64,000 nucleotides of DNA. Source: Owenia fusiformis. Its lineage: Eukaryota. Where the stretch lies: the NCBI GenBank assembly GCA_903813345.2, contig CAIIXF020000001.1, forward strand, positions 2,232,001 to 2,296,000, given 5' to 3'. The notes under the pieces are model-generated. The model made no database searches. It was given only the letters and a program-made list of their open reading frames with translations, and was not told the DNA's origin. Position 1 is the first letter of the stretch; every line of letters starts with the position of its first letter. This document shows, in pieces, positions 37,001 to 52,000 of the stretch. The position numbers were made by a program, and so were the translations under genes.

Positions 37001-40000
37001 TCCTAGCTTCTGCAATGTTACACGCCTGGAATGTCATCTGTAGGCAGGAGCAGCCCATACCAAAACCCATACAGTCCATGTAGATGTGATCAGGCTTAGC
37101 TGCCCTGGCTGCCTCACCATCATCACCTAACACACTGAAGTCTTCTATAAATGGCTCTTTTGTCTTTGTATCCTTGAACACTGCAAAATATAATATGAGA
37201 TTTGATATACCATACTACAAAATATTTAATTCCTTTGAATTCACTAATTGTTCAATATTTGGATTCTAAAATTAAAATTTTAAGCATGCGTGATACCCTC
37301 TTTTAGGTCTGACAAAAATATTAATATATTATGTCAAACAAGTTTCACAACCGAATATTAACATATAACATGATCAACTACATTGTTTGCGTATTTGAAT
37401 TAATAATATTGCTGGTACTGGTATCAACATGAAAACACCTCTGCAGATGTTCTTATGATCCAAAGGATTAATTTCACTTCCCAATGCTATGTGTCTTAAC
37501 TTTATTTTATCTCATGCGTAGTAAAGTAAAACCTCTTTATTCAGAACACCTCTCAATGTGAACACCTCTCAATGTGAACACCTCTCAATGTGAACACCTC
37601 TCAATGTGAACACCTCTCAATGTGAACACCTCTCAATGTGAACACCTCTCAATGTGAACACCTTTTCAGTCACATTCTTTTTAATCTGCTCTAGACTTTC
37701 ATGTTAAGAACATTAAAATATGAACACTTGGAAATCTGAAAGCTTTTAGCGTTTGAATTAGACAGGTTTTGCTGTATATCTTTTTGATGTATTTAATTGT
37801 ATATTGTATTGTACATGTACATGTATATCTTCTTATTTTAACACTCACCTGGTATATTTATGATGACCTTTTCCTTTCTCCTATGACGAATATTCCTTGT
37901 AAGCGTTCTAAAATGTGAAATATACCATCATAAATACTCTTCTCTTGATACTGCCTCTCTATAGTAACAAAAAGAAATGAATTAGGTTGCAGCCACAACC
38001 TACGAGAGATTAGGTAAAATTCAATCCTGACAAATATCAAGATTAAGTATTTCAGGAAACAGAAGCTTTTCCAAGGTTTTAACATACGTAATAGAGAGAT
38101 AATGGCAGTAGTTGTGCAATGTACAATGTACTCATTCAATGATGCTGATCACTTAACATGACATTACAGTTTAGTTTGTAATTTCCACTCTATGTTTTAA
38201 TTTTACATCTAATGGGGGACAATACTGTCCTGACTGTCCATGATAGTAAATCTTATATTAAGATGTGGATTGAGTGTAGCCCATTCTGATACTCATTACA
38301 TACACCTTTACACCCCTCTCCATAAGTTTAGCAACTGGAAATTTAAATATTGTCAGGGTCTCATATGTCATCCAATGAATACTTCCTGTTGCCAAACTAA
38401 TGAAGGGGAGTGTATTTTATTTCAATTTTCAAACAAGCAATATGCATACAAGAATGTGATCTCTCACAAAGAGAGCCTGCTGCCTTAACTGGCAAGATTG
38501 GTTCTCTTTATAAATTAATTCACTGGCCAATTTTGTACTCAGACCAGGGGATTATGGGGAGGGCGTAATAACAATGAAAGCCTAACATTGAATATACCCA
38601 CCTCCCCCTTGCAATACTGTTGAATGAACTTACTTAAAGCGTGGGTGGCCCTGAAATATGACCTCATCAGGGTAGAAAAGTGATCTTGAGGCGCCCTCTT
38701 TAGGACCTGCCTCTGGTGTTGCTTTGTGCGGAGGCTCGGAAAAATTCAAACATCCAGTCCTGAAGAAATAAAATAGAAACTATTCATGAAACATGTAATT
38801 ACTGATTGCAGCTTTCATAAGTTTAAAATCTTTACTTTGGGACATAAAGAACAGCGTATAATTAATAAGTTAATTATATTTTTGGTTGATTATCATCCCT
38901 CATCCCAGCAATTGATTGAAAACAATGAGATATTTTTCTAAACTTTAACACAATCAGGTGTTTTACACCCTAAGGCCTAAAAATGAATTCATTGAATCCA
39001 ACCATATTATATCTTCACTTTAACCAACCATTTCAAAAGTATGATATGATGATTGATGAAACTTCCTAAATGACCTTGAACTCTTGCTGAATCATTGCTC
39101 CATTCAACAGCATGGAGTGATGTACTACCTTTATACAGCATTCAAACAAGACTTAAAACGGGTAATTGTAATATAGCCATGTTATATTGCCTTTTATTAT
39201 CTTACACAATCCATCTTACACTTCTGGATAAGGAAGTCAGGTAGCATGACTTGCAAAAAATTCCAATTCCCATCCAATAATTTTTGCAAGTCATGATCAC
39301 AACCTTCCTATTCTATCTAAAGTGGCTATACTTAATGATCCTTACTGTAGATCCTTGCTTTAAAATGTTTATTTGGTTTATGTTTTTCTAATTCAAAGAC
39401 TTTAAAATAATATAGACTATACTTTAAATAGCCATGTACATTCATATTTACAATGTCAAGGGAATATTGAAGTGCAAGTATAACTTAACTCTTTGATATA
39501 AAAAGGGAAAAAATCACCATTCCGATAATTTGATTCTTTAAAAGAGAGCTTCATCTATATTCCTTTGATAATTCTCTGATCAAGCCTTAACCAATCAGAA
39601 TACTGAGAATACAGTTGATAAAATTCCAGCCAGCCAATCAAAATAGCATTCGGTGAATTCCATAGTTTCACAAGTAACTGTACTTCATTTTAAACTGCAA
39701 CTCTCATTTAAACGCAATGTCAGCTACTTCATTTAAATCTTATCAGCATGAAAACTGTACGTAAATTTCTCCTATTGATAGGCAGTATTGAGAGGCTCCA
39801 GTATTAAGAGGCTCTAGTATTGAAAGGCTCCAATATAAAGAGGCTCAAATATCATGAGACTCCAATATCGAGAGGCTCCAGTATTGAGAGGCTCCAATAT
39901 TAAGAGGCTCCAATGATGAGAGGTTCCAATATTGAGAGGCTCCAATTACAGAGGCTCCAGTATTGAGAGGCTCCAATATTGAGAGGGTCTACTATTGAAA

Positions 40001-43000
40001 GGGTCTAGTATTGAGAGGTTCCAACATTGAGAGGCTCTAGTATTGAGAGGGTGGAGTATTGAGAGGCTCTAGTATTGAGAGGCTGCAGTATTGAGAGGGT
40101 CCAATATTGAGAGGCTCCAGTATTACAAGGCTGCAGTATTGCAATGATGAGGCTGCAAATGATGAGAGGTTCCAGTATTGAGAGGCTCCAATATTGAGAG
40201 GTTCCAGTATTGAGAGGTTCTAATATTGAGAGGCTCAAGTATTGAGGCTCCAATATTTAGACACTCCAGTATTAAGAGGCTCCAGTATTGCATCTTGGAA
40301 GCCAGGCAGTATAAAATCACACAGATACTGCCTGGCTTCCAAGATGCAAAAATAATTTGCATGCGTAGTGTATCTTGAACACCATTTTTTATGAATGCTG
40401 GGGACGCAGTATTAAAAGGATAGTCTCAAAATATATAAGTCTGGGAAAGGTTTAAGGCACACTGCGTCGCTATAGAATGAATTGCGCTACTATCTTCACA
40501 ATTTTATTGATATTTGGTGTCAAATACACATATCTTGGTATATTTGAAGCCCCAAAACGGCTTAGTTTCAGAAATATCCCAATTTTAAATTCAAAAATGA
40601 CCGTTAGCTCCGCACCCTCCGCTCATTTGCGCCGCACCCAATATTTCCCACAGGCTCTGTCTGCATAGGGTGAGATAGCAGATAATAATAACAGTGAAAG
40701 GTTTTAGAGTAGAAATAATGTGGCACTCCCTATCTTAATCAGAGTAATTTTACAATGAGGATTTATGTGTGTTAAATAGTAAGTTAAAACAGTAGTCTCC
40801 AAAGCAATGAAGAAATGATAGAATGCTTCAACCCAGTTCAAATTCCAAATGTTCATCTTTCACTGTTGAAAATCCATGGGCATCCAGGAAAATCCCAAAA
40901 TATTTGTTAGTTTGCATAGAGGAGGGATAATGAAGATATTTTAACATTTGAATCACATAAAGCAAATATGAGAGGACAAATATATTCACAAAACAGCCTG
41001 AACCAAATGATAAAACATACAACAAAACCAGCTATATATTGCATAGGGAAAAAATACATATTAAATTAAAAGACCACCTATATTAGCTCAGTGGTGAAAC
41101 ATGAAATTATACTGTGCCAATCTTTAGTTCAAGCAAGAATAATTTGCTTGTTATCTTAATATGTTATTCAAGCAATAATAAATGTTTATGTCTGACTTAT
41201 AATTGTTCAACTGTCAGAAACAATTGTTCTATCTCAGATCTAGTATTTATATATTTTCATTTCTGAAGATATGACACAATTAAAGACATCACTTCAGGGA
41301 TGTTTACAATGACTTCATTCCTCGTGTTCATAGTGGCATTTTCTGCTTCAATACATTCTAGCAAGGCAGGTATGTTAGCATTTTTTTAATTATCACATTA
41401 ATTTTTGTATTATTCTCAGTTTTAAATGTTATATATATAACAGTGTAATCTTTTTATTAAATGTTTATTTAATAAAGTAATGTTGAAAAAATGTTGAAGT
41501 AATGAGCATCACTACGTATTCTCATCAGACAATCAAACTGCGGCATTCTCATTTTCACAAAACAGTTTTCTGTGGTTGCTTTTTCTATTGTATGTAAACA
41601 TATGAAAAAATCAAAAAGGTGAAATGGCAGAATTTGACGATTATTCAAACAATTATTATTTCACATGAGCACTCTGTTTTTATCAATATTTAATATCATC
41701 ACAAATTAATATTTTTTCCACCACTCATTTTTTTAAATAAATAAAATGTGGAGAACCCTAAATAATATTCCTGGCTACGAATCATATGCCATTGTGACAC
41801 TTACTGGATCATTGTGGTAGATTGACCAATAATGTTGAAGCGTGAATGACGTGTTTTTATACTTGTCAAATGTAACCATGCAAGTGATAGGATTAGAAGA
41901 ATCTATAATTGAATGATAATATGAATAGAATTAAAATTAAAAACATTAAGTGACATGAAACAGATATTAATAAACAAGGCATCTTAATCATAAGAAAATG
42001 TCGCCATCCTGTAAGTTTTCAAATATGGTTACAAAGTGTAAAAGTGTAATAAAAATTTCATGATTTGTTTCAAATGTGGACCACCAAATACTGATGCTGA
42101 ATTAAAGTCACATGTTATGTCACCATTTCTTTGTGACATAACTAGACCATAGCAACCAATAAAGTGGTGTAACACTTGATTTTATTTTAGTGGATTCATG
42201 TCTAGAGCTGACCTGTACATTACAATGCACCAGTGGGTTTGTATATGATGCTAATGACTGTAAAATATGTCAGTGTATGGATCCGTGTGATGTGAGTACA
42301 TGTACATCTAATTGAATGTATTTCATGATTTCTTTACCTATGTATTACCTAACCTATGTTTTTCTTTACAAATGAATAGATAGAATTGGAAAGTAAAAAT
42401 GGATTTTAATTGCATACTAGAATAAATAAGTAGATGCAATTGCGTTGATTTCATTCTAGAATGTTATATGTCCAGCTGATTCATACTGTGAAGTGCCAAC
42501 ATGTATAACAGCCCCCTGTAACCCAGAATGTACAAGTAAGTGGCACTGAATTCAACATGACAGCAGAAAAAAATTAATTGATTTCGTTAAAATTTCTAAT
42601 ACTGAAATATGCAAACGATTGTTAACAACAAGCAAAATCATTGACAATTTTAACATAAAAGCAGATGCAATTTTTTTATAGTAAAACAAAATAAGAGGAA
42701 AATTGAACCAATTTTAACAACCATTGTTTCTGAAGGAACACCAGTTTCATGTATATGCGAGAAATTAAATTCCCTTGAACCCATTCAATTTTGTCTAAGT
42801 GATAATCATTATCTCAATCAGAATGTGCACCAGTGCTATGCGAGATGTTCTGTCCCAATGGATTTGACACTGATGTGAATGGATGTGAGATATGCAAATG
42901 CAGAGAATGTGAAGAGCTTCTCTGTGACAGCTACTGCCCACATGGCCATGTGAAAGACAAATATGGATGCGACACATGTAACTGCAACCCTGATCCATGC

Positions 43001-46000
43001 GACGGCGTTGAATGTCCAGTTGGAAAACAGTGTTACCCATGCACAAGTCCAACATGTTCCACAAAATATCAATGTGGTGAGTGAAAAGAAAACAGATAAA
43101 TGACTCACAAATAGCAAAAATATAAATCTGTTGCAACATATTTTTGTTTACATGCATAAGAATTGCGAATCCTCTTTTTACTTTTTGATTTCTCTTCTAG
43201 AATGTGGGCTGGCATGTTCAACGGTCTGCCGATATGGGAATGCTATGAACACTGCTGGATGTCCAACATGTAGTTGCTGTGATAGACCTGGGAAAGGGTG
43301 TCGGCGAAAATGTCCAACAGGCTATATCAAAAGTCCAGATGGGTGTACCACATGTGAATGTAAACCAAAAACATGTGAGGTGAGAGTTTAATGAAGTCAT
43401 AAAAGTCAATGAACATGATCCTAATGGTGTATTGTTCATGAACAATGATGGACTCCATGTTCAGGCCCTGGGTTCTACTTATCACATACTAAACCCCACT
43501 CCAAAGATATTTTACATCAATAAACATGAACTATATAAATATATAAAAATCTTGAAGTGCATGTCACAAGTGTTCAAGTATAATTGTAGGGAATGACGTG
43601 TCCTTCTGACCAGACTTGTAAGATGGTTGATGTTTGGTGTGTCAAACAACCATGCATTTCACCAATCCCAATGTGTGTTGGTAAGCATATTAATTTGCAT
43701 ATACAGGTTGTTCAATAAGTTTTAGTTAAGATTCTATTATCACCAAACTTGTTCATATTTTGTTAAATAGTTTCACATTTTAGTAGTGAAATTAGTGGTA
43801 GAGATCAATCAAAAACAATTTTTGAAATATGCATGATATCCTAATAAATTACACCAACTATTTAGCAGTCAATTTAAACTACATGAAATGTTAATATATG
43901 ACCCCCTCCCCCAGACAACCTGAAATGGTCATCACATAAATCACATGTCAGATATACTCTGAAAATATGCTTGAACATTGAATTGTTACTCCTACATTTT
44001 CAGAAAAGAAGCTGGTATGTCCCAGCGCAAAGGGAATGCTTGGTTTATGCGTTGAATTGTGTAGCAGCACTCAACCATGTACTGAAGATGGACAGCTGTG
44101 TTGTTCAAATGGCTGTGGACATAGCTGCCAAACTGGCATTTTGGTTTAAAGTGCATCTTAGAAGGTCAAAAGTGGACTTTAAAAATGCCAACCACTTGGA
44201 TTAAATATCTTACAAGACTTCAAAGGCAATATGAATAGATATGATTTTCTAGTTTAACTTCAGAAATAGCAGTTATTTGTGATAAAACTTTAACAGACAC
44301 TGTTACAGAAAATTGAATGGAAATCCATTTTGATCAATATTTATCAACTGTTAAGGTCTATAAAAACATGTTTCTTGTCTATATGTTGAAAATAAAGCTA
44401 TATTGTTAGGTAATGATTTATCTTAAAAATAATATATGATACATGGCATGGTTAAGATATCATATGAGTCATTCATTTTTAAACTTCAGTATTGTTTTTT
44501 GGCCCACCCTGTATATTAATTGATTGGACTAAATATGAGTGTTGTCATAATTATTACCTGTATGCACTATTATGCAGGTAATGATAAACGCAAACAATCT
44601 GCTCTTAATAAATGTAATTAATGGCAGATTACAGAGAGGAACACTTATCAAGCTTATTACAGGAAACAGATGTAGAAGGTCTATGTTATATATCTGACTG
44701 TTCTTATTTCAGCCAATTAAATCCATTTATATTGCAAAATCCAACTAAAATATTTTTGATATACAGGGTGACTGGAAAAAAGGAGACTCAAAAGATTTTG
44801 AATAATTTCGTTAATAATGATAAATTAGTTTTCATTTTCTAGTGAATATAGCGGATTCAATGGAAAAATTGTAGAAATGTCACCTTAACCATTATGCCAT
44901 GGGCATTGAAATAATTTTTAAAAAAACTTTGGCAACACAAAACCAGCTCTGCCTAGGAGAGAGGATGTGATTGTAAGAGCGTGCAAACTCCCCCACACAT
45001 CCAGTATGAAATCAACAGCCCCACACTTAACTTTATGAAAATTAAAAAAAGATTTCATCAAAACTTTTGGTAGAATTCAGACCTATGCATATTTAATTGT
45101 CTTCGGACTCTGAACATATGGAGTCTTTAAGAAACAAACATAAAAAATAGGGTTCAAATACAGGTGAACAGGTAATGTGACACATTTTTTCTATTCAAGA
45201 TAACCTTGAAAATTACTCATTAACCAAAGTTACCTAATAGTGTCTCTTCACTAAGTACACTTAACACCCTATGCAGACAGAGCCTGTGGGAAATATTGGG
45301 TGCGGCGCAAATGAGCGGAGGGTGCGGAGCTAACGGTCATTTTTGAATTTAAAATTAGGATATTTCTGAAACTAACCCGTTTTGGGACTTCAAATATACC
45401 AAGATATGTGTATTTGACACCAAATACCAATAAAATTGTGAAAATAGTAGTGCAATTCATTTAATAGCGACGCAGTATGCCTTAAACATTTCCCAGACCT
45501 ATATATTTTGAGACTATCCTTTTAATACTGCGTCCCCAGCATTCATAAAAAATGGTGTTCAAGATACACTACCCATGCAAATTATTTTTGCATCTTGGAA
45601 GCCAGGCAGTATCTGTGTGATTTTATAAAAATTCGGAAATGTTCTTCAGATATGAGCCCCCTCTAAATATTGGGTGCGGAGCTACGTTTATGGAGCTGCT
45701 CCGCACCCAATATTTAGAGGGGGCTCATATCTGAAAAACATTTCGAATTTTTATAAAATCACACAGATACTGCCTGGCTTCCAAGATGCAAAAATAATTT
45801 GTATAGATAGTGTACCTTGAACACCATTTTTTATGAATGCTGGGGACTCAGTATTAAAAGGATAATTTCAAAATATATAGGTCTGGGAAAGGTTTAAGGC
45901 ACACTGCGTCGCTATAGAATGAATTGCGCTACTATTTTCACAATTGTATTGATATTTGGTGTCAAATACACATATCTTGGTATATTTGAAGTCCCAAAAC

Positions 46001-49000
46001 GGCTTAGTTTCAGAAATATCCCAAATTTAAATTCAAAAATGACCGTTAGCTCCGCACCCTCCGCTCATTTGCTCCGCACCCAATATTTCCCACAGGCTCT
46101 GTCTGCATAGGGTGCTTAAGAGTATGTGAAGATGTTCATGTTCTCTACAAGACTCTTCAAATCTGGTCAAACATGATATCTTGTACAGTATACACAAACG
46201 ATATTTGATTTGTACATTCAATATAGATAGAGATGCAAATACTTTAACCCAGAATTTTTAAAACATGGATATTATTCAAATTGTTCACACTACTGGTAAT
46301 TCCTTTTATTATAAGCTATGTAAATTGGTTAAAGGTTTAGGTGTTTCTGATGCATTATTTTTCTCAGTCCATTCCCATTTTGAAAATAATCCAAATAATA
46401 TCAACCTACACACTCAATGCTCTTATTCAATATTCATCAAACAAACCACTTGCCCTTTTGAAAGCTCTATACATTGTGCCTATCTAAGTACCTTCTTGCA
46501 TGTTCCACACATAATCACTTTTGTTTAGTAGATGGGGTTAAAGTCATTTCAATCAACAACAAGGCATTAACATGCAAAATGTCACCACCTGCCATTTGTT
46601 ACAGATGCCAACCGCCAAACAGCAACTGCCAAACATCATCCATGAAAAAGTTACAACCTTTAAGAAGATGTCCCCACTTCTGGGGGTGACATAATTAATT
46701 CAGAAGCTTTTCTTTTGACACAAAATTAGGCTCTTTCATAAAGTGTGATGCTTAAACAAGAATAGGTTGATGGTCTAAGGATAAGATTTCTGCCTCTAAA
46801 AGATTTAAAGATAAAAGCAAGCAGATATCATGAATATATATCAGGTATCATGTATAAATATCAGATATCATGAAAATATATCAGGTATCATGTATAAATA
46901 TCAGATATCATGAAAATATATATATCAGATATCATGAACATACATCAGATATCATGAATACATATATATCTTACTTGTAAATAACACCTACCTTGGAAAG
47001 GCAGTTAAGCTCAGTGCAGTCTCATTCTTGTTCAGTAGCTTGATGACCTCCTCTCTCCTAAAAGTGAGACAATATTGCTTTAAAACAGAGCACATGCCAC
47101 TACATGTGTTAATTTACCAGGTAAAATTTGCTAAACATATTGTACAATTCATGGATTTCAAGTGTCGTAAGTTAATAATTTCACTGATGATATTTATAAA
47201 ACAAGGTAATCCATTGAAAATTAGAGATCATCTGTCCATAAAAAACACAGAGAAAGACAACTAATCAGAATATAAAGGGACCATTACTATTATTACTATT
47301 ACTATTATTAGATAGTTTGTTTGTTCAGTTATTGATGAGGGAAATGCAGTGATCTCCTCTTCATTAAAGCAAGTGGGCGCAGCACCCACCTGAGATTTTG
47401 AAAATAGGCTTGCACCCACCTGAAAATCCATTTGCACCCACTTGAAAATGAGAAAAATCATGAAAAATTGGCATATTTTGACTAATTTTGGTCTGATTGC
47501 GAAAATGAAAATTTTGCAACCCCTTGAGAAAATATCTTGTGGAGATCACTGAAATGTGTCTGATGTCATAGATGATGCAATGATGTCATTACTTTGGATC
47601 ACAATTGCAGTAGATTTGATAATTGCGAAGACAAGACTTGCCATATAGGTGAATTATAGACAGGGCTTAGTACTAGAAGTCACATGAATGGTTCAAACAT
47701 GGAAACATAGATATAAAAGCTCTTATTTTGTAAGAAACAGTGAAGCAATAACCATAATAATGGGTGAAATACTATGAATTTGTTTCATTATTGGCTGTAA
47801 TCTTGGCTGTTCCTCTTCTATTTGCCTTTATGATATTATTATTATTATTAAGATATTGTGCAAATGAGGTTATTGCTAGTGTCCTAATTAAAAAGTCAAT
47901 GAAGGTATATTTTGAAACAGTAAACATTTTGTTAATTTCCTCTTGTTTTAAATGTTCTAACAGGTTTTTGAAAAATTTTGTTTTCCTGTAAATGTCATTC
48001 AATATAGCATGTTATTTATTAAATAAATGTACTTAACAACCTTTTTGCCAAAATATAAGTCCTCTATAATTATAGGACTAAGGAATAAATTATAAATATA
48101 AGCCATATTATGAAAAAACGTATTTTCAAGGTTCCAAACAAATAACAAATAATTGAAATATGCTGCGAAAAAAGACAAGTAGCCAAGATTTTCAATTAAG
48201 GCTAAGATAAATAAAAATCATGTTTACCATTTCAATTTTAAAATTACTTGAAGTTCAGTGCAGCATTCTCGTCAAACAAATGGACTTATGCAATAACGTA
48301 GATGCGAGTAGGTAGTTACCAGTTTCACCACCAGGTGGCTCGTTCAGGTCAGATAGCGTTGTGGGTATGGTAGATTGTTCCCTTTAACTTAAATTACATC
48401 TGTTTTATTGGTTCAATTTTCACACCACCCTTATGTATCTAATAGTTAATTAAATTAAAATATGTCCAGTAAAAGAAAATGTTATCTGTCAAATACAAGA
48501 AAAGATATTTCACTTTTTGTGATTTTGTAGCCCGGACTAGAAGTCTAATTTTCAAAACAAATTAAATTTTCAAAGTTGATAAACAATTTTCGAACCCATA
48601 TTTCTGGGTGTACTTTTACATGTAAATTTCAAATATGACATCGCTTTGACTGAATTTTGAATATTTAATGAGGTAAATCAAGATTATTTCTACTCTCATC
48701 TAGTCTATTTCAGCCTGTTGGTAAATTCTGTCCTAAGTTTTACTAATTAACACCCCTTTTCTCATCTAGTCTTGGCCCCATCTATTTCTCCATTCTAATA
48801 CTCCTAACATCTTTCCATTTTTAAGCTATCAACTTGAATATAGAAAAGAAACTTATATAAGGCTGTGGTCTCTTTAAATGCGATTTTCGGTATTATTGGC
48901 TTCCAATTAAATCTCAAAAATTTAATTTCGAAGAGTTGTCCTATTTTGACCGATCATATATACAGGTACACAGGGATGAGTGACATTAGCCACTTTTATA

Positions 49001-52000
49001 ATGTCAATGTTTGAAAAATGGGAATAGAATTGTCTAATCCCATTTTCAATATGCTATAGACTTGAGAATATGTTAAAATACAAGGATTGGATTTTCTCTT
49101 TACTTTCAGACTGTAAATAATAATTAGTAATTATATGCCAAATTCCTGTCTACTTCATTACTTCTCAAGTTTGAGAAAAAGCTTCTTCCCTTAATCTTTA
49201 ACACAAAATTCAATAAATGCGGCCTTATGATTAAAAGTTAAATTGGATATCTGTAATGTGCAATATGTTAAGTTGATTCATGGGTATAATTATATGCAAA
49301 GCATCTAATTGACCAAAATGTTTGAATCAATATTCCTTTAACCCAATAATAAATATATATTATTATAATATCCCTAGCAGGGTGGTAGTCAGGATTTCGA
49401 AACTTAGCAGATCAAAATGTGACAAATTGGTAGTTGTGTTAAAATGACAGTATGTCAAATCTAATAATTTGGGGAGTCCTGGGGCATATCAGAACAACAA
49501 GCTATTGCAAAAGTACAAAGTTTTTTGATAAGCTTCAACCATAATAATTGCTGATTGATAATTTGTGTCAAGAACAAAGTGACCCAAAAAACAGAACCCA
49601 CCAAAACTGTAATAGTTTCTTCAATAGTTCTGCAATCTTTTTTTGCAAGTGTATAAACTACAGTTAATGGCATCATAATAAACCATGGCATCTTATTTCT
49701 TCTCAGCCTTGAGATGGCTCTCAAAATATTAACATTTTTTACTTTCAAAATCACCATCACCCTAATGTTTTTCTACAAATGTAGACATTTAGACAATGGT
49801 ATGCTTTTACATATTGCCCCTTCTTCTTCATTAAAAGTGTAATATGTTAGAGACAAACCTCAGTCTCATATTTGCTTCTACATTATTGAAGTGAGCCAAG
49901 AGACCACCGTATGGTTTCCCTGGAGTTCCCTCTACCATATACGCTGCATACTCAGGTCTCCATGTGGTTGGGTGGTCACTAAAATAAAACATCACACGTG
50001 AATTACAAAAATCACCTGAGGTGAACATACTGAACCATTCAACACACTGTTGTTTTTTGCAAAAGTGAACTTAACAACCTATACAGTCCCTTATGTTTTA
50101 TATTTTTCTGCATGAAATTTTATGAGTGGATGCATATAAAAAGGATTATTCTAGAAATATATTTATAATGCCCATAAAAAAGCCTAAATGATAAGAGATT
50201 GATAATTGCAATCACCCTGTCATGAATTATCTCTAATTATAAAAGTTGTAGCTAATGTTGAGTTGTTATGATATTTAAACCTACTCTGGCTTAGTCTTTT
50301 CCATTTCTTGTAACGCATCTAGCACAGGCCCAGCCTTTAACAGAAGTTTCGCTTCTTCTTCCTCATGTTTGAATGCAACTAACATGTATTCTACCTGGAA
50401 AATGTAATTAAGATGTTTTAGAAAATATGGTTTTCTATATATATATATATATATTTGTGAAACATTTTCTCAAATGTTTAAAGAATGTATATAACTACCA
50501 AGGGCTTAGAAAACAATAAAAATGAGTTTTTTGAAGAATATCATCAATTAGATTCATTTTCATCAATTAAATGCAAAAAATACGCTTTCGCTATCTAATC
50601 AAATGTGAAAGTGCTCTAATAATGAAAGTGAAAGTATTTTGCTGTTGTTAGAACTCCCAAAACAAATGTCACAATGAATGTCTCCGTACCATTCAACGCA
50701 TATTGATGACGGAATACGATTAGCCCGAGTCTTATGAAAAACCAATGTAATGTGACGTCATTTCCTTAACAATGATAGATTTGCCGACCCACCTGTCAGT
50801 TGTGCCTTATCTCTCTTCAGAAACTCAAGTTCACTTTATTACCAACTGTCTTACCAAAAGGGTTTGTTTTAAAAACCGGGTGACCGGGTAGCTGGGTGAC
50901 TGGGTACCTAACGTTCCAAGCAGGGTTACCAACTTTCAAAGTTGCATATTTTCCCCTAATATATAGGAATGGGCCAAAAAACGTCCATATTTATTATTTC
51001 GATACAACTGCAATATCATGGCCATAATTCGAACAAAATAAAAGGCGGGGGAGGAGGCGATTTCTAAGTTAGAAATTAAACAAATGTGGACGAATATGCA
51101 CATGCGTATATATTGACACATATATTGCTGTTTATCTGTCACTTAACATAAGATGGTATTATTGCTTGGTTTATTGCCTACAAGTGAGTGATCACGACGG
51201 CAGATTTCGCAGCCCCAGCTGGCCATTTCAATTTATGCTTTTGACGCATGGAGTAATTGATAGATGGCGCTGTTTTTATACAATCGATAATCACGTGATA
51301 GTAAAACTGTACCAATTCGAGGAAAACTATGTCACAAATACGTAGGCGAAATGTACATGCAAATCTTTAAATCTGTCTGTACAGCCGAAAATACATTTTA
51401 ATCCAGTCCAGCTGTTTGTTAGAGCATGAACTAGGCCTATACTGCAGTACTGTAAGTGTTAATTCATTTGTACTGATGAGGAAATCAAATTTCTGTGATT
51501 TTAATTTTTTAAATAAAACCATAAATTTCTCAAAAGAACATCATAAAAGCGACGTATTACCCGTGTAATTCTACCTTATCTTTCACAGAATCTAACTTGA
51601 GAACGAAATGACGCCCGGAAAAAGGTAAAAAGCACAACAAACCTTAAAAAAAAGTTGAATTCTGTACAGAAATGTTGCAAACGGAAGTCATTATATGACA
51701 GAGTAATCACCGTTCCTACGGGGGCTAAATACTTGAAAATATGTTACAGCGACATCTATAAAATAGTATGAAAACCTTTTCATGTGGCCAGATCAGAGCA
51801 CCAAATCGGACATCGTGGATTGACAGGATGTTGATCATTGTTTCCTATGATGGCGATTCTACTAGATATCAAACAAATCTGAAAGATTTACGCACGTAAA
51901 GTTGAACGTTTTTTATTTGTCAATTAACGTACGATGTACGACTCATGACGTTGGTTGCTTGTTTTATTGCCTGAGTGATTGACAGGGTATCGATGATTGT

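Noticed and set aside
40477-46110. Three similar 63-aa ORFs (40477, 45269, 45919) as a peptide family
   Set aside because: They are arms of the same foldback MITE.
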